Under the pieces are notes generated by a model. It ran no database searches. It was not told the origin of the DNA and was given only the letters and a program-made list of their open reading frames with translations. A program made the translations under genes and the position numbers. A DNA stretch of 64,000 nt from the human T2T-CHM13v2.0 reference genome, Homo sapiens: assembly GCF_009914755.1 (NCBI RefSeq), contig NC_060936.1; one strand, given 5' to 3'. Below, one piece after another: positions 56,413 through 64,000 of the stretch (positions are counted from its first letter, which is position 1; every line of letters begins with the position of its first letter).

Positions 56413-59400
56413 TCGAACATTACTTGAAGAAATCCCGTTTCTAACGAAGGCCTCAAAGAGGTCCAAATATCCACTTGCAGACATTACAAACAGAGTGTTT
56501 CCAAACTGCTCCATCAAAAGAAAGGTTAAACTCTGTGAGCTGAACACACACATCAAAAAGAAGTTTCTGTGAATGATTCTGTCTAGATTTTATAAGAAGA
56601 TGTTTCCTTTTCTACCGTAGGCCTCAAAGCGCTTGAAATCTCCAGCTGCAAATTCCACTAAAAGGGTGTTTAACATCTGCTCTTCTAAAGGAAAGTTCAA
56701 CTCTATGAGTTGAATACACACAGCACAAAGAAGTTACTGAGACTTCTCCTATCAAACATTATATGAAGAAATCCCGTTTCCAACGATGGCCTCAAAGAGG
56801 TCCAAATATCTGCTTGCAGATTTACAAAGACAGTGTCTCCAAACTCCTCCATCAAAAGAAATGTTATACTCTGTGAATTGAACGCACACATCACAAAGTA
56901 GTTTCTGAGAATGATTCTGTCTAGTTTTTATACGAAGATATTTCCTTTTCTACATTTGGCCTAAAAGCGCTTGAAATCTCCACGTGCAAATATCACAAAA
57001 AGAGGGTTTCACATCTGCTCTGTCTAAAGGACAGTTCACCTCTGTGAGTTGAATAGAGGCAACACAAAGAACTTACTCAGTATTCTTCTTTCTAGCGTTC
57101 TGTGAAGAAATCCCATTTCCAATGAAGGCCCCAAAGAGGTCCAAATATCTGCTTGCAGACTTTACAGACAGAGTGTTTCCAAACTACTCTATGAAAAGAA
57201 AGCTTAAACTCCTTGAGTTGAACGCACACATCACAAAGTAGTTTCTGAGAATGATTCTGTCTAGTTTTTATACGAAGATGTTTCCTTTTCTACATTTGGT
57301 CTCAAAGCGATTGAAATCTCCAACTGGAAACTGCACAAATAGGGTGTTTCAAATCTGCTCTGTCTAAAGGAAGGTTCAACTCTGTGAGTTGAATACACAC
57401 ACCACAAATAAGTTACTGAGAATTCTTCTGTCGAACATTACTTGAAGAAATCCCGTTTCCAACGAAGGCCTCAAAGAGGTCCAAATATCCACTTGCAGAC
57501 ATTACAAACAGAGTGTTTCCAAACTGCTCCATCAAAAGAAAGGTTAAACTCTGTGAGCTGAACACACACATCAAAAAGAAGTTTCTGTGAATGATTCTGT
57601 CTAGATTTTATAAGAAGATGTTTCCTTTTCTACCGTAGGCCTCAAAGCGCTTGAAATCTCCAGCTGCAAATTCCACAAAAAGGGTGTTTAACATCTGCTC
57701 TTCTAAAGGAAAGTTCAACTCTATGCGTTGAATACACAAGGCACAAAGAAGTTACTGAGACTTCTCCTATCAAACATTATATGAAGAAATCCCGTTTCCA
57801 AGGAAGGCCTCAAAGAGGTCCAAATATCTGCTTGCAGACTTTACAGACAGAGTGTTTCCAAACTGCTAAATCAAAAGAAAGGTTAAACTCCTTGAGTTGA
57901 ACACACACATCACAAAGTAGTTTCTGTGAATGATTCTGTCTAGTTTTTATACGAAGATGTTTCCTTTTCTACCTTTGGTCTCAAAGCGATTGAAATCTCC
58001 ACATGGAAACTCCACAAAAAGTGTGTTTCAAATCTGCTCTTTCTGAAGGAAGGTTCAACTCTGTGAGTTGAATACACACACCACAAATAAGTTACTGAGA
58101 ATTCTTCTGTGTAAAATTATATGAGGAAATCCCTTTTCCAAGGAAGGCCTCAAAGAGGTCCAAATATCCACTTGCAGACTTTACAAAGACAGTGTATCCA
58201 AACTCCTCCATCAAAAGAAAGGTTATACTCTGTGAATTGATCGCACACATCACAAAGTAGTTTCTGAGAATGATTCTGTCTAGTTTTTATACGAAGATAT
58301 TTCCTTTTCTACATTTGGCCTAAAAGCGCTTGAAATCTCCACCTGCAAATATCACAAAAAGAGGGTTTCACATCTGCTCTGTCTAAAGGACAGTTCACCT
58401 CTGTGAGTTGAATAGAGGCAACACAAAGAACTTACTCAGTATTCTTCTTTCTAGCGTTCTGTGAAGAAATCCCGTTTCCAACGAAGGCCCCAATGAGGTG
58501 CAAATATCTGCTTGCAGACTTTACAGACAGAGTGTTTCCAAACTACTCTATGAAAAGAAAGCTTAAACTCCTTGAGTTGAACGCACACATCACAAAGTAG
58601 TTTCTGAGAATGATTCTGTCTAGTTTTTATACGAAGATGTTTCCTTTTCTACATTTGGTCTCAAAGCGATTGAAATCTCCAACTGGAAACTGCACAAATA
58701 GGGTGTTTCAAATCTGCTCGGTCTAAAGGAAGGTTCAACTCTGTGAGTTGAATACACACACCACAAATAAGTTACTGAGAATTCTTCTGTCGAACATTAC
58801 TTGAAGAAATCCCGTTTCTAACGAAGGCCTCAAAGAGGTCCAAATATCCACTTGCAGACATTACAAACAGAGTGTTTCCAAACTGCTCCATCAAAAGAAA
58901 GGTTAAACTCTGTGAGCTGAACACACACATCAAAAAGAAGTTTCTGTGAATGATTCTGTCTAGATTTTATAAGAAGATGTTTCCTTTTCTACCGTAGGCC
59001 TCAAAGCGCTTGAAATCTCCAGCTGCAAATTCCACAAAAAGGGTGTTTAACATCTGCTCTTCTAAAGGAAAGTTCAACTCTATGAGTTGAATACACACAG
59101 CACAAAGAAGTTACTGAGACTTCTCCTATCAAACATTATATGAAGAAATCCCGTTTCCAACGATGGCCTCAAAGAGGTCCAAATATCTGCTTGCAGATTT
59201 ACAAAGACAGTGTCTCCAAACTCCTCCATCAAAAGAAATGTTATACTCTGTGAATTGAACGCACACATCACAAAGTAGTTTCTGAGAATGATTCTGTCTA
59301 GTTTTTATACGAAGATGTTTCCTTTTCTACATTTGGTCTCAAAGCGATTGAAATCTCCAACTGGAAACAGCACAAATAGGGTGTCTCAAATCTGCTCTGT

Positions 59401-59899
59401 CTAAAAGAAGGTTCAACTCTGTGAGTTGAATACACACACCACAAATAAGTTACTGAGAATTCTTCTGTCGAACATTACTTGAAGAAATCCCGTTTCCAAC
59501 GAAGGCCTCAAAGAGGTCCAAATATCCACTTGCAGACATTACAAACAGAGTGTTTCCAAACTGCTCCATCAAAAGAAAGGTTAAACTCTGTGAGCTGAAC
59601 ACACACATCAAAAAGAAGTTTCTGTGAATGATTCTGTCTAGATTTTATAAGAAGATGGTTCCTTTTCTACCGTAGGCCTCAAAGCGCTTGAAATCTCCAG
59701 CTGCAAATTCCACAAAAAGGGTGTTTAACATCTGCTCTTCTAAAGGAAAGTTCAACTCTATGCATTGAATACACACAGCACAAAGAAGTTACTGAGACTT
59801 CTCCTATCAAACATTATATGAAGAAATCCCGTTTCCAACGAAGGCCTCAAAGAGGTCCAAATATCTGCTTGCAGACTTTACAGACAGAGTGTTTCCAAA

Positions 59900-62800
59900 C
59901 TGCTAAATCAAAAGAAAGGTTAAACTCCTTGAGTTGAACACACACATCACAAAGTAGTTTCTGTGAATGATTCTGTCTAGTTTTTATACGAAGATGTTTC
60001 CTTTTCTACCTTTGGTCTCAAAGCGATTGAAATCTCCACATGGAAACTCCACAAAAAGAGTGTTTCAAATCTGCTCTTTCTGAAGGAAGGTTCAACTCTG
60101 TGAGTTTAATACACACACCACAAATAAGTTACTGAGAATTCTTCTGTGTAAAATTATATGAGGAAATCCCGTTTCCAACGAAGGCCTCAAAGAGGTCCAA
60201 ATATCCACTTGCAGACTTTACAAAGACAGTGTCTCCAAACTCCTCCATCAAAAGAAAGGTTATACTCTGTGAATTGAACGCACACTTCACAAAGTAGTTT
60301 CTGAGAATGATTCTGTCTAGTTTTTATACGAAGATATTTCCTTTTCTACATTTGGCCTAAAAGTGCTTGAAATCTCCACGTGCAAATATCACAAAAAGAG
60401 GGTTTCACATCTGCTCTGTCTAAAGGACAGTTCACCTCTGTGAGTTGAATAGAGGCAACACAAAGAACTTACTCAGTATTCTTCTTTCTAGCGTTCTATG
60501 AAGAAATCCCGTTTCCAACGAAGGCCCCAATGAGGTCCAAATATCTGCTTGCAGACTTTACAGACAGAGTGTTTCCAAACTACTCTATGAAAAGAAAGCT
60601 TAAACTCCTTGAGTTGAACGCACACATCATAAAGTAGTTTCTGAGAATGATTCTGTCTAGTTTTTATACGAAGATGTTTCCTTTTCTACATTTGGTCTCA
60701 AAGCGATTGAAATCTCCAACTGGAAACTGCACAAATAGGGTGTTTCAAATCTGCTCTGTCTAAAGGAAGGTTCAACTCTGTGAGTTGAATACACACACCA
60801 CAAATAAGTTACTGAGAATTCTTCTGTCGAACATTACTTGAAGAAATCCCGTTTCCAACGAAGGCCTCCAAGAGGTCCAAATATCCACTTGCAGACATTA
60901 CAAACAGAGTGTTTCCAAACTGCTCCATCAAAAGAAAGTTTAAACCCTGTGAGCTGAACACACACATCAAAAAGAAGTTTCTGTGAATGATTCTGTCTAG
61001 ATTTTATAAGAAGATGTTTCCTTTTCTACCGTAGGCCTCAAAGCGCTTGAAATCTCCAGCTGCAAATTCCACAAAAAGGGTGTTTAACATCTGCTCTTCT
61101 AAAGGAAAGTTCACCTCTATGAGTTGAATACACACAGCACAAAAAGTTACTGAGACTTCTCCTATCAAACATTATATGAAGAAATCCCGTTTCCAACGAT
61201 GGCCTCAAAGAGGTCCAAATATCTGCATGCAGACTTTACAAAGACAGTGTCTCCAAACTCCTCCATCAAAAGAAAGGTTATACTCTGTGAATTGAACGCA
61301 CACATCACAAAGTAGTTTCTGAGAATGATTCTGTCTAGTTTTTATACGAAGATATTTCCTTTTCTACATTTGGCCTAAAAGCGCTTGAAATCTCCACCTG
61401 CAAATATCACAAAAAGAGGGTTTCACATCTGCTCTGTCTAAAGGACAGTTCACCTCTGTGAGTTGAATAGAGGCAACACAAAAACTTACTCAGTATTCTT
61501 CTTTCTAGCGTTCTATGAAGAAATCCCGTTTCCAACGAAGGCCCCAAAGAGGTCCAAATATCTGCTTGCAGACTTTACAGACAGAGTGTTTCCAAACTAC
61601 TCTATGAAAAGAAAGCTTAAACTCCTTGAGTTGAACGCACACATCACAAAGTAGTTTCTGAGAATGATTCTGTCTAGTTTTTATACGAAGATATTTCCTT
61701 TTCTACATTTGGCCTAAAAGCGCTTGAAATCTCCACCTGCAAATATCACAAAAAGAGGGTTTCACATCTGCTCTGTCTAAAGGACAGTTCACCTCTGTGA
61801 GTTGAATAGAGGCAACACAAAGAACTTACTCAGTATTCTTCTTTCTAGCGTTCTATGAAGAAATCCCGTTTCCAACGAAGGCCTCAAAGAGGTCCAAATA
61901 TCTGCTTGCAGACTTTACAGACAGAGTGTTTCCAAACTACTCTATGAAAAGAAAGCTTAAACTCCTTGAGTTGAACGCACACATCACAAAGTAGTTTCTG
62001 AGAATGATTCTGTCTAGTTTTTATACGAAGATATTTCCTTTTCTACATTTGTCTCAAAGCGATTGAAATCTCCAACTGGAAACTGCACAAATAGGGTGTT
62101 TCAAATCTGCTCTGTCTAAAGGAAGGTTCAACTCTGTGAGTTGAATACACACACCACAAATAAGTTACTGAGAATTCTTCTGTCGAACATTACAGGAAGA
62201 AATCCCGTTTCCAACGAAGGCCTCAAAGAGGTCCAAATATCCACTTGCAGACATTACAAACAGTGTGTTTCCAAACTGCTCCATCAAAAGAAAGGTTAAA
62301 TTCTGTGAGCTGAACACACACATCAAAAAGAAGTTTCTGTGAATGATTCTGTCTAGATTTTATAAGAAGATGTTTCCTTTTCTACCGTAGGCCTCAAAGC
62401 GCTTGAAATCTCCAGCTGCAAATTCCACAAAAAGGGTGTTTAACATCTGCTCTTCTAAAGGAAAGTTCAACTCTATGAGTTGAATACACACAGCACAAAG
62501 AAGTTACTGAGACTTCTCCTATCAAACATTATATGAAGAAATCCCGTTTGCAACGAAGGCCTCAAAGAGGTCCAAATATCTGCTTGCAGACTTTACAGAC
62601 AGAGTTTTTCCAAACTGCTCCATCAAAAGAAAGGTTAAACTCCTTGAGTTGAACACACACATCACAATGTAGTTTCTGTGAATGATTCTGTCTAGTTTTT
62701 ATACGAAGATGTTTCCTTTTTTACCTTTGGTCTCAATGCGATTGAAATCTCCACATGGAAACTCCACAAAAAGAGTGTTTCAAATCTGCTCTTTCTGAAG

Positions 62801-64000
62801 GAAGGTTCAACTCTGTGAGTTGAATACACACACCACAAATAAGTTACTGAGAATTCTTCTGTGTAACATTATATGAGGAAATCCCGTTTCCAACGAAGGC
62901 CTCAAAGAGGTCCAAATATCCACTTGCAGACTTACAAAGACAGTGTCTCCAAACTCTTCCATCAAAAGAAAGGTTATACTCTGTGAATTGAACGCACACA
63001 TCACAAAGTAGTTTCTGAGAATGATTCTGTCTAGTTTTTATACGAAGATATTTCCTTTTCTACATTTGGCCTAAAAGCGCTTGAAATCTCCACCTGCAAA
63101 TATCACAAAAAGAGGGTTTCACATCTGCTCTGTCTAAAGGACAGTTCACCTCTGTGAGTTGAATAGAGGCAACACAAAGAACTTACTCAGTATTCTTCTT
63201 TCTAGCGTTCTATGAAGAAATCCCGTTTCCAACGAAGGCCCCAAAGAGGTCCAAATATCTGCTTGCAGACTTTACAGACAGAGTGTTTCCAAACTACTCT
63301 ATGAAAAGAAAGCTTAAACTCCTTGAGTTGAACGCACACATCACAAAGTAGTTTCTGAGAATGATTCTGTCTAGTTTTTATACGAAGATGTTTCCTTTTC
63401 TACATTTGGTCTCAAAGCGATTGAAATCTCCAACTGGAAACTGCACAAATAGGGTGTTTCAAATCTGCTCTGTCTAAAGGAAGGTTCAACTCTGTGAGTT
63501 GAATACACACACCACAAATAAGTTACTGAGAATTCTTCTGTCGAACATTACTTGAAGAAATCCCGTTTCCAACGAAGGCCTCAAAGAGGTCCAAATATCC
63601 ACTTGCAGATATTACAAACAGAGTGTTTCCAAACTGCTCCATCAAAAGAAAGGTTAAACTCTGTGAGCTGAACACACACATCAAAAAGAAGTTTCTGTGA
63701 ATGATTCTGTCTAGATTTTATAAGAAGATGTTTCCTTTTCTACCGTAGGCCTCAAAGCGCTTGAAATCTCCAGCTGCAAATTTCACAAAAAGGGTGTTTA
63801 ACATCTGCTCTTCTAAAGGAAAGTTCAACTCTATGCGTTGAATACACACAGCACAAAGAAGTTACTGAGACTTCTCCTATCAAACATTATATGAAGAAAT
63901 CCCGTTTCCAACGAAGGCCTCAAAGAGGTCCAAATATCTGCTTGCAGACTTTACAGACAGAGTGTTTCCAAACTGCTCCATCAAAAGAAAGGTTAAACTC
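59900..64000. repeat. Dispersed copy of the ~38500-43630 block (offsets 21,386 then 20,367 bp)
   Basis: ORF-track pairs 41096/61463 and 42440/62807 differ by 20,367. Shared variants include CCTCCAAGAGG, GTTTAAACCC, CTGCATGCAG, TACAGGAAG and AAATTTCACA. Confidence 0.9.

Larger units (their letters stand above)
52431..59898. repeat. Near-perfect tandem duplication, period 3,734 bp (22 monomers)
   Basis: Landmarks pair as 52679/56413, 53697/57431, 55056/58790 and 55734/59468. ORF-track pairs are 52969/56703 and 55346/59080. Confidence 0.93.
1..64000 (-). repeat. Centromeric alpha satellite higher-order repeat array, SF1 dimeric type, single orientation
   Basis: Continuous ~170 bp monomer and ~340 bp dimer periodicity. 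The reverse complement reads as the alphoid consensus (CATTCTCAGAAACTACTTTGTGATGTGTGCGTTCAACTC... GGCCTTCGTTGGAAACGGGATTTCTTC... GAATTCTCAGTAACTT). A CENP-B box lies in every second monomer, and I saw no non-satellite sequence. Confidence 0.99.
1..64000 (-). repeat. D12Z3: Probable chromosome 12 live HOR array D12Z3 (S1C12H1L); D10Z1 is the alternative SF1 8-mer
   Basis: SF1 8-mer of ~1.36 kb with one HindIII site (AAGCTT, e.g. 836-841) and one PvuII site (CAGCTG, e.g. 278-283) per unit. I noticed no regular RsaI (GTAC) site. From recall, D12Z3 was cloned as a ~1.4 kb HindIII/PvuII repeat and D10Z1 as an RsaI repeat. Not verified by alignment. Confidence 0.7.

Noticed and set aside
9541-63004. 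All ORFs in the supplied track (62-108 aa, e.g. MCIQRIELNF..., MMCAFNSQS...)
   Set aside because: They are chance open frames in satellite DNA, created by single SNVs or 1 bp indels that remove stops. They recur at HOR and duplication offsets and have no recognisable domain or gene context. They are useful only as duplication markers.
1-64000. CRISPR-like array (conserved ~45 bp GAAATCCCGTTTCCAACGAAGGCCTCAAAGAGGTCCAAATATC at regular spacing)
   Set aside because: The intervening sequence is itself repeated alphoid DNA rather than unique spacers, the period is 340 bp, and there are no cas genes.
1-64000. L1/Alu/other mobile element insertion or inversion
   Set aside because: All landmark intervals are multiples of ~340 bp, leaving no room for an insert. 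There is no poly(A) tail or target-site duplication, and all CENP-B boxes lie on the same strand.
1-64000. Location of the active kinetochore or centromere dip region
   Set aside because: This is defined epigenetically (CENP-A, hypomethylation) and cannot be called from sequence alone.

Overview
The whole 64 kb window is one uninterrupted head-to-tail array of primate (almost certainly human) centromeric alpha satellite. It has ~170 bp monomers of the dimeric suprachromosomal family 1 (SF1) type, with a CENP-B box every ~340 bp, read on the minus strand (CTTCGTTGGAAACGGGA). The basic higher-order repeat (HOR) is an 8-mer of ~1,359 bp made of four distinguishable dimers, called A-B-C-D here. 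It carries one HindIII and one PvuII site per unit, which best fits D12Z3 (chr12); D10Z1 is the main alternative. Using the dimer-A landmark CTGTCGAAC, I counted by eye 53 landmarks and 52 intervals: 34 canonical-order 8-mers, 12 6-mers, 3 4-mers, 2 rearranged 8-mers and 1 extra dimer. I found no genes, transposon insertions, inversions or CRISPR arrays, and every listed ORF is a satellite artefact. I do not see a new gene system. The interest is in how the array evolved: nested tandem duplications (periods 1,019, 1,359, 2,377, 2,717, 3,397, 3,734, 3,736 and 5,092 bp), a dispersed copy 20.4 kb away, apparently reciprocal unequal-exchange products, conversion-like patches, an island of divergent HORs and a lineage of HORs that have lost CENP-B boxes. 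Coordinates were read manually and may be off by a few bases.
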